This document shows, in pieces, positions 1-11,900 of a DNA stretch of 64,000 nucleotides. Origin of the DNA: an uncultured Acidobacteriota bacterium (lineage in GTDB: Bacteria; Acidobacteriota; UBA6911); assembly GCA_963827655.1 (NCBI GenBank), contig CAWHCF010000041.1:96001-160000 (forward strand), read 5' to 3'. The translations under genes were made by a program, and so were the position numbers. Numbering within the stretch: position 1 is the first letter of the stretch; each line of letters begins with the position of its first letter. A model generated the notes under the pieces. The model was not told the DNA's origin. It did not search any database and was given only the letters and a program-made list of their open reading frames with translations.

Positions 1-160
1 CCGTAATCGAGGTAATTCACGTCGCGGGTCAAAAGCCTGTCAGTAGAGTTCGGCAATCTCACCGGCTTCCTCGGCACTGTCAAAAGCCGGCGGTGGCTTC
101 ATCGCGAGGTGATGGGAGTCGGATCCTTCAGCTCGAAGGGCAAGCGCTGCCAGGGGATTA
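1..160 (-). pseudogene. Degenerate internal fragment of a second vanadium haloperoxidase copy (runs off the window edge)
   Basis: Aligns by eye to 4835-4995 (NP-A-LAFELEGSDSHHLAMKPPPAFD-AEEA-EI-ELY). Has a Trp-to-TGA stop at 40-42 and indels; no 5' part of the gene is present. Confidence 0.85.
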
Positions 161-226
161 CAAGAATACTCCGGCTAGAGGTAAGCCAACGATTCGTCGG
201 AAAATGGCCAATGTCTACCTCACAGC

Positions 227-2142
227 TCATTGGATGTTGATCCGCGCCGGGTTGGCCATCTGCGCGTCGACGGTGAGGAGCACGTCTATCTCTCCGCGGC
301 CGGCCAAGCTCCGCGGAAGCAGCAACTCTACTTGATCAATCCCAATGGAGTCCGGCTGCGCTTCGGTGGAGATCACTTCGGCATACGCACCCCCGATCGT
401 GGCAATGACGGCCGAGAGTGAACTGCGGAACCGGATCCCGGTCCCCGACAAGATCAGGTGGATTCGATCGGTCGCGGCACCCAGATCGATCGGTCGCGGG
501 ACGAATTTGTTTTGTTCCGCATCGAACGACGCGATTGGCTCATCAAGCGACGAGCCGTCGGCGCTAAGCCGACGCACCACAGCCGCCGCCACGCCCCGCC
601 CGTCACCATTGGCCGTAAACAAACTCGGAGCGACTGTGTGGATCAGCGACACACCTGTGGAGACTGTTCCATCGCCGCTGGTGATGGTGACGGTCGCGGC
701 GCCCGCGGCCGTTCCAGAAGGGATTTGGTAGCTGACTTGTGTCGGGGAGACGAACAAAAGTGGGGCGAGGCGTTCGACACCAGCGCTGTCTGTGACCTTG
801 ACCGTAGTGCCAGCGAGTTGCACCGGCGGCGGGAGAGTGTCGGCTCGGATGCTCGCAGTGGCCAAGCTGTTGCCGAAGCCAACAACGACGCCTTCGGGCG
901 CCAGTCCCATGATCCCGTAGCTGGCGGCCGAGACACTCGTGACCGTTCCTGACTGCGACTGCCCGAGGTCGAACAGGTCTGCGGTATCGAGCGTATTGCG
1001 CCAGTCGCAACAGCTTCCGTCGAAGCCTCCCACGATCAGGACTTTGCCGTTCGGAAGCAACGTTGCTGAATGAGCTGCGCGGTTTCTGCTGAGCGCTGTC
1101 GTAGCGATCCAGGTTTCCGTGGCCGAGTCATAAAGCTCTGCGCCAGCTACAGAGAAGTCTTCAGCATGACCCCCTGTCACCAAGACCTGTCCGTTGGCGA
1201 GTAGCGTCAACGTGTGCCCAGAGCCTACTAGGGTGGGAGCAGGTGTAGAACTCCATTCCCCGGTAGCTGGATTATACAAATGCGCTCTTCCGCCTCCCGT
1301 CACCAGGACCAGGCCACTTGCGAGCGGCGTCGCCCTCGTTCGGTCACCCTGACCAAATGCACAGCTAAAAACGGGAGAAGACGTGCTAGCGCTCCAGCGG
1401 CCTGTGGCAGGGTTGTACAGTTCCGCGACTTTGGTGCAATCCTTATTGGCAATGTACGCTGAATGGGAGCGGAGGCCAATGGTCAACACATTCCCGCTGG
1501 GAAGCAGCAAGGTATCATGAAAGGCCGGCGGCGTAGTAGGAGCTTCAGCATTGCTCCACGTCTCCGTAGCCGGGTCATATAGCTCAGCGCTGCGCACATA
1601 ATAAGGAAGACCAGTTCTGCTATCTCCGCCCCGGGTTCCTCCCACGATCAGCACGCGGCCATTCGGGAGGAGCGTCGCCGTGTGACCACTGCGGGCCGTG
1701 ATGAGTCTACTGGTTGTACGCCACCTCCCTGTGGCCGGATCGTACAATTCCGGGTTACCTGTTTCACTGCCTCCGGTAACCAGGACTTGGCCGGTTGGCA
1801 GCAGCGTCGCTGTGGTGCTACGAGAACGCGCTACGTTAAGGCTGCCGGTCGAGTGCCACGTTAATGTGTCCGGGTCGTAGATCTCAGCACTTTTTTTGGG
1901 GCCGGTTTGCCAACCTGCATTCCCGAAAATTTCCCAAGCCTCACCCCCTATCACCAGAACTCGGCCATCAGGCAGCAGCGTTGCTGTATGATACTCGCGG
2001 CCTGTGCTGAGTTTGCCGGTTGGAATCCAGCTAGGCACTCGCCTTGTTGGGCGAAGGCGTTGGGGAATGACGAAGTAACACAACACCAGCCCAGGACACA
2101 AAATCGGATGGACCAGCGGAACCGAATCAGGATGCCCAGCAT
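227..2142 (-). CDS. Secreted Kelch-repeat protein with Solibacter/Acidobacteria TIGR03437-type C-terminal domain; frameshift near 2038
   Basis: Six 'HTATLLPxGxVLVxGG...AELYDPAT--W' repeats. C-terminus 'SVSAASY...FVSPTQVSYQIP...G-DQV--LP'. A signal-peptide-like leader (MLGILIRFRW...NAFAQQG) lies in another frame. Confidence 0.8.
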
Positions 2143-2384
2143 CTTCTTGCCTCCTTCCGCGTGCGGAGCGCATCGGAACCGATCCGGCGCCTGCAACAGT
2201 TAAGATAATTATACAACGGCGCGAGAGTTCGGCGTGGCCATTGGTTTTTTATACCGTGCGCAAACGTTCCGTAGCCGGCCTGACCGACGCGAAGCAATGG
2301 CCCACGCATTCTCATCCGAAGCTCATCGAGGTCCGCTTCGTCGATGACGGCCTTGCTGCCGGACGTGGTGGCGATCTCTATCAT
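2127..2384 (-). pseudogene. Probable truncated N-terminus of an FAD-binding (VAO/BBE-type) oxidoreductase
   Basis: Good RBS (AAGGAG). 'LDELRMRMRGPLLRVGQAGY' resembles the start of such oxidases, and the similarity is lost after about 38 aa. Confidence 0.45.
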
Positions 2385-2396
2385 TCGATCATCTCC

Positions 2397-2594
2397 TTAG
2401 CGTTCTGATGGGCTGGTCGGTGGCAGAAAACGGCCGATGAAGTCGAGGAGATCGTCCACGGAACGAAACTCTGAAGCCTCTCCGGAGACCACGTGCTCCA
2501 CCAAACCGGAAATCTCTCCAGCATCCAGGTCGACGCCGCGATAGAGCCGGAGGATGAACGAGCGATGAATCGAAAGCGCGTCCGGCTCTGTCAT
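2397..2594 (-). CDS. Small conserved-looking hypothetical protein (65 aa)
   Basis: 'SFILRL...GLVEHVVSGE...FRSVDDLLDFI' pattern; RBS GAGG. Confidence 0.65.
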   Translation of the reverse strand: MTEPDALSIHRSFILRLYRGVDLDAGEISGLVEHVVSGEASEFRSVDDLLDFIGRFLPPTSPSER

Positions 2595-2905
2595 TCTGCC
2601 TCATTGACTCTTTCGTGCGATTAACCTCGGGTACCTCATGCGGTGCGCACTATACAAAACAGTGGTTGGCAAAGATCCAGGTGAAACTGTGTTCAACCTC
2701 ATTCGGCTCTTCAGGCGTCCTTCTCCCAGAGGAAAAAGGACGCCCCGGCAGAGAGCCGTGAATTCACGGCGCCCAGCGAAACTCGAGGTGGTTCTCCGCC
2801 AGCCATCCCGCAGCGGCGCGGCCCAGGGCCAGCCCGCGGCTGGTTGCTCGTCGGCTAGAAAGTGGCCTACACTTTTCGTCCCCGTTGATTCCCTTTGGGC
2901 TGCGA

Positions 2906-3586
2906 CTACAGTACCGGCATCCCCTGCTGGAATATAAAGGCCGCCTGAAAAACCCAGGTGTGCTCAGGGCCTGGAAGGGGACCGTAGGTCATGCCATCGA
3001 TGTGGTAGACCAAAACCACGTGAACCTGGAAATTTTCCAGCCAGCAAGGCCCTATGCTTCCCTCGCCCGAGAGGGGTCCTGCCGGATTTGTTACCGAAAG
3101 CTGGCCTTCGCCGGCTTCGCTCGCGGTAAAGAAGTTCTGGATAGGATCGAGCCGACCGGCCCCGCCCCAGGCAATGAGCGGGGGATCAGTCGGGGCAAAG
3201 ATGAACAACCACACAGTGTAGACACCTTTCGGGACGAGCCCGCTAAAGTGCACAGTGGTTTTGGTCCCCTGGTTGATGCAATGGATCCCGGCCCTGCCTT
3301 CAGGAGTCAGGAATTCGCCGAATGTCAACTGGTGGCCGTCGGGCGCAAGGACCGGTAGTCGGACGCCCATAGGGTCGGGGCTACTATTAAAGATGAGGGT
3401 GCCCGCAGGCGTAGACATGGTAATAGGATTACCCATCCCGTCTACGATCGTTCCCAAGCCTGTCCCCAAGACTGGCTTGAGGTTGTCGTTGCGGATCGGA
3501 GCATCGGCTCTTATTGCCAGCGGAACCAGCATCAGAGCTGAAAGCATCACGACGGCACTCAGGTTCGCGATAGCGCGCTTTTTCAT
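2906..3586 (-). CDS. Secreted hypothetical protein
   Basis: RBS AAAGGAG before ATG at 3586; Sec signal MKKRAIANLSAVVMLSALMLVPLAIRA. Confidence 0.75.
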   Translation of the reverse strand: MKKRAIANLSAVVMLSALMLVPLAIRADAPIRNDNLKPVLGTGLGTIVDGMGNPITMSTPAGTLIFNSSPDPMGVRLPVLAPDGHQLTFGEFLTPEGRAGIHCINQGTKTTVHFSGLVPKGVYTVWLFIFAPTDPPLIAWGGAGRLDPIQNFFTASEAGEGQLSVTNPAGPLSGEGSIGPCWLENFQVHVVLVYHIDGMTYGPLPGPEHTWVFQAAFIFQQGMPVL

Positions 3587-3758
3587 AGGGTCTCCTTTTT
3601 GGTGATGGCCGGGATCTGGCCCGGCCGATTTCATTTGATCTTGTAAACACTGCGTCAAGACAACTCTGCTTCTTTGAATTCGATTTGTTTCCACGGCATG
3701 AAAGAACCGAGATGTCCTTCCGGCCATCTTCGAAACAGCGCCGAATTGCCCCTCGCTG

Positions 3759-5481
3759 TCACACTGTAATGGTGATGCCGTCGAACCTGGTCAGCGAGAA
3801 CCCGCCGAATTGCTCGTTAAACACTGCGCTGTGATCGGTCAGGACATTGATGGCAACGGCTTCGCCCAGCTTGAGCGACTCGGCATAATCGGAGCGCCAG
3901 TGAATGCCGGCGGCATTGCGTCCCATGGCAATGTTTGCGGCAAGTTTGTTCAAGCTCGCCACCGACCGTGAGGCTCGGCCCGCTATAAGGAACCAGCCCG
4001 AGCACCATCGGCGGTCGGGACAACCGGATTGGGAATGACAAACGATTCATCGAACCACGCCTTCAGAATCGTCACGCAGGCGCCCGCCACAGTGGCATGG
4101 CCGGCGCCGTAGGCGGGATGAGTGGGCGATCCTTCCGGAAAGGCTTGCGGTAAGAGATAAGTTCCGTTTTCTAGAAAGACGGCATCGAGCGCCGCCGAAT
4201 TCAGGATATCGGAATGGATCGGGTAGGTTGCGGCGCGGGTCACGTGGTTATGGATGCGTCCGCCGAAGGCCTCGGGCCGAAGACGCCGGTGCACGGACCA
4301 CTTCTGATACCAGACGGACTTGAGCGCGCAGGTCGCTACGGCACAGACCAGGCTCGCGATGTGCGGGCCGCCGAAGGTGCCAAAGCCGATCTGGGTGCGT
4401 GAATTCGCGTACGGATTGCGCGCGTCAAAAGGTGCTCCCATGCCGAACAGAATGAGCATGGCATTGAAGTAGGCCTGAAAGAGCACATCGATATGAACCC
4501 ACTCGGCCATGTCGCGGTTGTTCCGGATATAGCGAGGAACCGGATCGAAGCGATTCGATCCGCGCTCGGCGCCGCGCTGAACCTCGAGCCAGTCGTTGTA
4601 CGAAACCAGGTAATCATCGTCAGGAACGACGGTGCGGATCCGCTGGCTGATGGTTTGGGCGCCGAAGGGAACATCCTTCCAGAGAAACTGGGAGATGTAA
4701 GGGCCGGCGACGTCGCCTGGAGTGTTACCTCGGAATAAGGTCGCAGGAGTGACACTGCCGCCGGCCTTCGGTCCACGGAAATCAGAGAAGAAGCGACAGA
4801 TCAGCTGCTGCGGCCTGGGTGAGAGGATTGGTGCTGTAATCGAGGTAATTCACGTCGCGGGTCAAAGCCTGCCAGTAGAGCTCCCCTATTTCGCTGGCTT
4901 CCTCGGCATTGTCAAAGGCCGGCGGAGGTTTCATCGCGAGATGATGGGAATCGGATCCTTCGAGTTCGAAGGCGAGCGACGCCTGCGGATTGACGAGCTT
5001 GACTGTCCCACCGAGAACGATCGCTTCAAAATCGGAAGATCTGCCGGTGGTCAAGGCTCGAAGCAAGGAGTTGTAAGCATTGAGATCAACTTCTCCGAGA
5101 TTGTTATGCGGCAGAGCCTTGGAGTAACTGGCGATCCGGTTTGGATAGAGTTCTTCGTCGCCATTGGTTGGGTGGTCGGGAAGCGGCAGGTTCTTGTGGA
5201 AAAGGGCGGCCTCGTGGCGAATCTGATAGGCGCTATTGCGGCGCTGCTGCGGATTTTCGGGACCGATTTCCGCGGCCTCGGCGGCTCTTGTATCCAGGAG
5301 CGCTGGCAAGCCTACAGTACCGGCCCCCATCGCAGCCGCAGTAAGAGCCACCGAGCCGACCAAGGAATCGACGCCTTGTGTGTTTGCGAAAGGGAAAAGC
5401 GGATGCGCGATCAACCGCTGGATCTTCCCGGTAAGACTGCGTGTTTGCTGGCGGTTTCAGATGAGCCGTTCTCGGATTCAT
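3759..5481 (-). pseudogene. Vanadium-dependent haloperoxidase (PAP2 superfamily, bromoperoxidase-like) with Tat signal; 4 frameshifts (real or sequencing errors)
   Basis: Motifs WYQKWSVHRRLRPEAFGG, PTHPAYGAGHATVAGAC and ELNKLAANIAMGRNAAGIHWRSD; Tat motif TRRRFL. Frame changes near 5358, 4790, 4003 and 3953. Confidence 0.88.
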
Positions 5482-5691
5482 AGGTACCCCCTTATCGTGT
5501 TTCATGTCTGCACTGATATCATTGAAAAATCTCGTTAGGACGAAGCCAGAAATCCTGCCTCACCGCAGCGCGGTCGACGACGCCGCTGTGAAGCGCGCGA
5601 ATAGCCGGAGGCGGTCTGAAGTCTGGCGATTCTGGTCTCTCACCGTTTTCCTTGTGCAATACTCTCGTCGAATCGTTTAACACGAGGGACG

Positions 5692-5754
5692 GGTGAAGTC
5701 CTGAGGCAGTTCTGAAGAAGTTCTGAGAAGTTCATGCGCCGTGCGCATGAACTT
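5692..5754. promoter_or_regulatory. Phased direct repeats and a 12-bp perfect inverted repeat in a divergent promoter
   Basis: TGA cores at 5702, 5713 and 5724 (11-bp spacing); AAGTTCATGCGC-cgt-GCGCATGAACTT at 5728-5754. Confidence 0.55.
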
Positions 5755-5762
5755 GACGAGAC

Positions 5763-8711
5763 ATGCGAAAGCCACGTTATTTTGTGTTCGAACCGTTCCG
5801 TCTCGACGTGCTTGACGAGCGGTTGTGGGAGCGCGAAAAGTGTGTCCCACTAGGGCACAAGGCGATTGCGGTACTGGAGTGTCTGCTTAGCCAGGCTGGC
5901 CAGCTGGTCACGAAGGATGACCTTCTGACGACGGCGTGGCCGGACACGGCGGTTGGCGAGGCGGTCCTGACGACCGCGATGCGGGAAATCCGCCAGGCGC
6001 TCGGCGATCAGGCCCGGATTCCTCGCTTCATCCAGACCGTCCACGGCCGCGGCTATCGCTTCATCGCGGCCGTCACTGAGACCAGCGTTCCCGCGCTCCG
6101 TACCAGGTCGGCCCGACTTGCGACCGAGGCCCACCCCCTCGCAACCTTCCATCATCCGCACGTGGCCGCCTCGAGCCTGGTTGGCCGTGAAGCGGAGTGG
6201 GCGCAACTGCACGAATGGTACGCGACGACGCTCGAGGGGAAGCGCCGGATCGGATTCGTCGCGGGCGAAGCCGGCATCGGAAAGACTGTGCTGGTGGAGG
6301 CGTTCGTTTCTGAAATAGCGGCGCAGGGAGAGGCGCGGGTCGGCCGTGGGCAATGCGTCCAGCAATACGGCGCCGGTGAGGCGTACTTGCCGATCGTGGA
6401 GGCTCTCGGACGGCTCGCACGTGACGGCGGTGCGCCCATCGTCGAACTCTTCCGCCACTATGCCCCAAGCTGGCTGATGCACCTGCCTTCGCTGGCGCCC
6501 GGCGAGGAATTCCAGGCGCCCACTCCGGTGACTCCGGAGAGAATGCTTCGGGAGCTGGCGGACGCTCTCGAGTTTCTCACTGCGCGCGATGCCCTGATCC
6601 TCGTCCTGGAAGATCTTCACTGGAGCGACACAGCGACCCTGGAATGGCTCGCCTACATCGCCCGACGCCGTGATCCGGCGCGTCTGATGATCGTGGGCAC
6701 CTACCGTCCGTTTGAGGTCCTGCTCCACAAGCACCCGCTGCGAAGCCTTACCGCCGAACTCCGGCCCTATCCGCAGTGTCCCGAGCTTGTGCTGGACTAT
6801 CTCTCGCGCGAGGCGGTCCATGACTACGTTCTACAACGATGTGGCCGGATTCCCCGGATGAACGAACTCGCGGAAGTGCTCCACCGCCGGACGGGAGGCC
6901 ACCCACTGTTTCTAACAACCATCGTGGACGAACTAGTACTCCAGAAACTCCTGGCGGGGGCTGATGGCGCCGGATTTGCAGGCGTTGACCCCCAGGCGAT
7001 CGCAAGTGTGATTCCGGCGAGTGTGCGTCAGTTTATCGAATACCGCTTCGAACAATTGTCCAGTGAAGAGCAGACCATTCTCGAAGCGTCGAGCGTGGCG
7101 GGAGACCCTTTCTCCGTCGCAGCCGTGGCCGCCGCCACATCCTTGCCGGAAGAAACCATCGAAGCATGCTGTGAGGCCTGGGCGCGTGCCGGCCAGTTTC
7201 TGACCGCCGGCGGCACCGTGACGTGGCCGGACGGAACGCTGGCCGCGCGCTATGGTTTTCGCCACGACCTCTTCCGCGAGGTAGTATACGCGCGTATCTC
7301 TCCGGAGCGGCGCGCGCGTCTACACCAGCGAATCGGCAGTCGTCTGGAAAGCGCCTACGGGAAGCGAGCGGCCACGATCGCCGCCGAGCTCGCAATGCAC
7401 TTCGACCAGGGTCGCGATCCCGGAAGCGCTGTGTTGTATCTTGAGCAGGCCGCCCGGAACGCCCTCGACCGGTCGGCGTATTCCGAAGCCGGCCGGCACC
7501 TCAACCGCGGACAGGATCTGCTGAAGGCGCTTCCCGAAGGCCGCGCGCGCCTCCAATCCGAGCTCGAGCTGTCTTTCCTGCTTGGCAAGGTACTCATGGC
7601 GACAAAGGGTTGGGGCGTCGCGGAAGTTGAGCGCGTCTTCGGCCGGACACGCGCCCTTTGCAAGGAGCTCAAAGACGAGTCCCGTTACCTCCAGGCGACG
7701 TGGGGATTAATGTGGTGTTGTGGGCGAGCCACGTTCGGGAAGACACAAGCAATGTGCCGGGAGATGCTCGCTCTGGCGCAGAAGCGGCGGGACCCGATCT
7801 TCCAGGTGGTTGCCCATATGGAACTCGGCGGCACAGCCTACACGCTCGGGGACCTCACCCTCGCTCGCAAGCACTTCCAACAGGCCGATGTCCTCTACAA
7901 CCCGCGCCAGCACCCATCCTACATCGCTCGCGTCGGTGTGGACGTAGGGCTGTTTTCCCGCAGTTGGGAGACTCATTTTCTATGGCACAGGGGCTACCCG
8001 GATCGAGCTCGCGCCAAGGCCGAGGAGACGCTGAATCTGGCCCGTCAGCTCTCTCATCCCCTCACTCAGGCGATCACGCTGGCGTACATGACGATGCTGA
8101 ATCAATTCCAACGGGATGTCGTTGAGACCGATCGGCTGGCGCAAGCCACGATCACCTACACGACCGAGCACGGATTTCCGTACTATCTCGCGTGGGCGGA
8201 GGTACTACAGGGCTGGAGCGTTGCCGTGCGAGGTGCTTCTGAGGAGGGCATCACAAAGATTCGGCGCGGCATCGAGGTGCTGCAAACGATGACGGGTTTG
8301 CGGTTGCCATATTATCGCGCTCTGCTCGCCGAGGCCTGCGGATGTAACGGTCGGATCGCCGAGGCGCTTGAGATGCTGGCCGATGCATTTGACGAAGTTG
8401 AGAAAACCGGGGATCGCTGCTGGGAGGCCGAGCTTCACCGGCTTCGGGGAGAGCTACTTCGGTCCGAGGTGATGAATCGGGATGACGAGGCCGAGGCCTG
8501 TTTCCAGACGGCGATCAAGGTAGCTCGCGGTCAACAGGCAAAATCGCTTGAATTACGCGCGGCGGTCAGCCTCGGACGATTGTGGCGCGACAAAGGCAAG
8601 GGGGCCCAGGCGCGTCAGCTGTTGGCAAAGGTCTATAACTGGTTTACCGAGGGGTTCGAGACGCACGACCTGAGAGATGCGCGGTCGCTTCTTGCGGAAC
8701 TCGAGTCTTAG
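5763..8711 (+). CDS. OmpR/PhoB-type winged-helix regulator with AAA/STAND ATPase and TPR-like domains
   Basis: 'RFIQTVHGRGYRFIA', Walker A GEAGIGKT, 'LVLEDLHWSD', C-terminal 'AKSLELRAA...FTEGFET-DL--A'. Confidence 0.9.
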   Translation: MRKPRYFVFEPFRLDVLDERLWEREKCVPLGHKAIAVLECLLSQAGQLVTKDDLLTTAWPDTAVGEAVLTTAMREIRQALGDQARIPRFIQTVHGRGYRFIAAVTETSVPALRTRSARLATEAHPLATFHHPHVAASSLVGREAEWAQLHEWYATTLEGKRRIGFVAGEAGIGKTVLVEAFVSEIAAQGEARVGRGQCVQQYGAGEAYLPIVEALGRLARDGGAPIVELFRHYAPSWLMHLPSLAPGEEFQAPTPVTPERMLRELADALEFLTARDALILVLEDLHWSDTATLEWLAYIARRRDPARLMIVGTYRPFEVLLHKHPLRSLTAELRPYPQCPELVLDYLSREAVHDYVLQRCGRIPRMNELAEVLHRRTGGHPLFLTTIVDELVLQKLLAGADGAGFAGVDPQAIASVIPASVRQFIEYRFEQLSSEEQTILEASSVAGDPFSVAAVAAATSLPEETIEACCEAWARAGQFLTAGGTVTWPDGTLAARYGFRHDLFREVVYARISPERRARLHQRIGSRLESAYGKRAATIAAELAMHFDQGRDPGSAVLYLEQAARNALDRSAYSEAGRHLNRGQDLLKALPEGRARLQSELELSFLLGKVLMATKGWGVAEVERVFGRTRALCKELKDESRYLQATWGLMWCCGRATFGKTQAMCREMLALAQKRRDPIFQVVAHMELGGTAYTLGDLTLARKHFQQADVLYNPRQHPSYIARVGVDVGLFSRSWETHFLWHRGYPDRARAKAEETLNLARQLSHPLTQAITLAYMTMLNQFQRDVVETDRLAQATITYTTEHGFPYYLAWAEVLQGWSVAVRGASEEGITKIRRGIEVLQTMTGLRLPYYRALLAEACGCNGRIAEALEMLADAFDEVEKTGDRCWEAELHRLRGELLRSEVMNRDDEAEACFQTAIKVARGQQAKSLELRAAVSLGRLWRDKGKGAQARQLLAKVYNWFTEGFETHDLRDARSLLAELES

Positions 8712-8864
8712 GGCTCGCGCAGAAATAACTTCACATTCTGGCGCGAGGGTCGGTGGTCAATCATGGACCGGTTTCCGTTCGACAAGCACGCTGAGGATCG
8801 CGCCCCTCCGGGCTGCGGGCCTGGGTGCTGCAGCAGGATGCCGAACCTATTTCTGCGCGAACCC
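8711..8864 (+). mobile_element. MITE family A, copy 1 (internally deleted)
   Basis: TIRs GGGCTCGCGCAGAAATAA / TATTTCTGCGCGAACCC; TTA on both flanks. Confidence 0.85.
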
Positions 8865-8997
8865 TTAGTCCCGCGTCGGGCGCAGAAGCTTGCTTGCCCT
8901 TGGTTAATCGCTGAAGGCGGCAACCCTTTGTGCAAGCTTCCTGGTGTTTCTTCGTGTCTTTGAGTCTTGGTGGTATTGGTTTCGGGGAGTCGGGCCG

Positions 8998-11900
8998 CTA
9001 TTCCTTCTCTGCCAGCTTCTCGTTTGCTTCCCGCAAGCGGCCTGTCAGAAGGCGGATGATGGCGTTCATGATCTGCGGGTGGCCGCTCATCACCTCGAAA
9101 AAGTCTTCCTGAGTGACTTTGAGCAGAGTGGTATCTTCCAGCACCGCTGCATCGGCCGAGCGCGGCGCCTGATCGAGGACAGCCATCTCTCCCAGACACT
9201 GCCCCTTGCGCAGCACTGCCAGTTCCTTGCCCCCCTTTTGGATGCGGACAACACCGGCGGCCACGATGTACAGACAATCGCCGTAGTCTCCATCCGAAAA
9301 AATGGTGGCATGCGCAGGGAAAGACACTTCCTCGGTTATTTGCGCGACACGGGACAGGGTCTCCGCTGGAATCTCGGCAAATAGACTGACGGATTTGAGC
9401 AGGATCGTCTTTTCAAGCGTCGAATACATCGTTCGGACCTCCCTCTCGTGTGCGAACCGGCTCACCGGCACCACGCCGCTCAACCCAGCATCGCCTCGAG
9501 CCACGCGGGACACCAACTCACAGGTCAGCGGCGATACCGGAACCTTCTGCCAATCGATTGTCTTTGGACCTGCCTTGTCTCTCGTGCGAAATAGAAAATC
9601 CAGGGCAATCACAGATTCCCAGTCGTTGGCGGAGTAGGCCGCCTCCTCCAGGACGGCATACTGTTCTCGCGGTAAGTCGTCAAATAACTGGCCACCTATC
9701 TGGCTGCGTTGTTCAACCGACAGAGGTTCAACCAGGGGGCTGATTCGCCGCCGATCCTCCATGGGCAAGATTGTCTCGAACAACTCCAGGACAAAGGGCA
9801 AGCGCGCCGGATCCTTGGAGCGAATGGTCTGAATGCAGGTCTCGATCGGCGCGTCCGGAGTCGAAAGAACCTGGAGTTTGAGCAAGGGCAGGAGACTCAG
9901 ATTAAACTCGTTGGTGAAATGGTCGCGAAGCAAGCGGGCATCGTCCTCGGGGGGAAGCAGGTGTAGTTTCTGGTTCATCACGTAGGCCTTGCGGGTAAGT
10001 TTGTCCGCCTCTTCGGCTGCCTCGCCGGCTACCTGGCTGGGGATCGGGTGTCGCCGGGAGACCGCGAGCAGCGCATCCACGGTCTCCTGGTAGGCGCTGC
10101 GCTCCCGTTGTTCAAGCGACCGAGACAAAAGTCTGGCAGTGGCATCCCCTGGGTAACTCTTGAGCGTGCGCAGCATCCCGAGTTTCAGCCCTTCGGAAAG
10201 CCCGGGTTCTTTGAGCCGCTGCTCGATTTGGGCAATCACCTTCGCTTGAGGGAACTGGTTGAGAACGGAGCGGGCCAGCAGCGCGGTGCCGGGAATCGCA
10301 AGACTGGAGATAATCGCAGGCAACAACGCTTCGTCGCGGCGGCTGGCCGCGATGGCCAGGGCGGCTTCCCGAACCTCCGGTGTCCCGCTCTCCAGAAAAC
10401 CGATGAGTCGGGGGCCGGAAAGCATGGCAAACTCCTGATCCAACTGTTCCAGCGCCAGCGCCTGCTCACCGCTGGGCCCGTCGAGCATACCGTTCAGGAT
10501 CGCCCGGGCTTCTTCCACGGGTCCTTGTCTCAAGCGTAAAATGGCAGCCGCGGCCGCAGCCCTTAGCCGCGGATCGGCTGCCCCAAGGTGCATCTGTAGC
10601 TGGGGAAGGACGGAGTGGAGCCGTCGTTTCCCGGCCACGGCCATGGCGGCGCCGGCGATCTCACTTTGCTCGCCGATCGCCTTGGCCACAACTTCATCAG
10701 AGAGAACGACAGGGTCGTCGGACGCAAGCGTCAGAATACGCCGGCGCACCTCCTGGGAACCACTTGCGAAGAGTTCCCCAAGGGTATGGGCCCAGGGTCC
10801 ATGGGGCATTCGGTCGATAAGCTCCAGCGCAAAGAGTCGCTGAATTTCGTCGTCACTCCGGAGCGCCTTGTCGATGCTGGCCACGATGACAGAATCGTGC
10901 GCATCCAGCGCGAGCTCTTCGGTATCGAGCCCATGTTTTTCGATCGCGACCTCTAAGGCGCGCACATAGTAACCCTTCAACCGCATAGCGGTGAAAATCC
11001 AGACGGCGCAGGCCGCCAGCGTGAGAATGCTCAGGTACTGGAGCGCCAATACCTTGACCAGAAAGAAGCAGACGACACCCGAGGCTCCTTCCGCCACTGA
11101 CTTCATGGTGCCGCTGATCAACGGCTTGAAAGTCTGCCGCCTCTCGGGAGGCACCGGGAGCCAAAGCAGCTCAAGCGAAGAATGGTGAATGGTAAACTTC
11201 AAACTTTGGTCGGAAAATTTCGCCAGCACCGCGCTCGCCAAGACCGGCGCCACCAGGACTGCGGTCGCGCCCGCAATCGAGGCCAAGGGCAAGATCAGGA
11301 GCCCTGCAAGAATTCCGATTTGCGAAAGAACGAAACCTGTCAGCAGAAACTGCACCACGAGCGTGCTGGCGCCGGTCAGCGCGTAGAATTGTCCGAAAAA
11401 GCCTACCAGGTCTTCCTCGCTGGCGAACGACTCGCTGGCAATCATCTTGAACTGGTAGTCCACCACCATGGTCACAATGGTGGAGGCGGCGATCACGACA
11501 GCAATTGACACCAGATAGGCATCGAAGGTCCTGGGCTGCCTGACAGTTCCCCGGCGCGGTCTTGATAGTATCGCCGGCGCGCGTTCGAAACGGGCGGCAA
11601 CCTGGGATACGACCCAGGCGGCGACAATGAATCCGGCCACAACCAGGAGTAGCGACTCCGAACCAAACGCGCTGACAAATGGTTTCAGCGCCGAGCCCAC
11701 AACAATCGCCGCCACCGAGCCGCCGGCCGCAATCAGACCAAACAGCCGTTTCGCCTGCCGGAGGTCAAACAGGTCGGCGGCCAGCAGCCAGAATTGCAGC
11801 CCCATGATCACGATGATGATGTTCATCCAGACATAAAGAAAGGGGATGGCCCAACCCTCCATACGCAGGCGGATGGCGGGCAGCGAAGCGGCGAACACCA

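Noticed and set aside
40-42. In-frame TGA as recoding or selenocysteine
   Set aside because: It replaces a Trp in a fragment that also has indels, and TGA is a normal stop elsewhere in the window.
3950-5360. Programmed frameshifting in the haloperoxidase
   Set aside because: There are four separate shifts with no slippery heptamers; error or decay is simpler.
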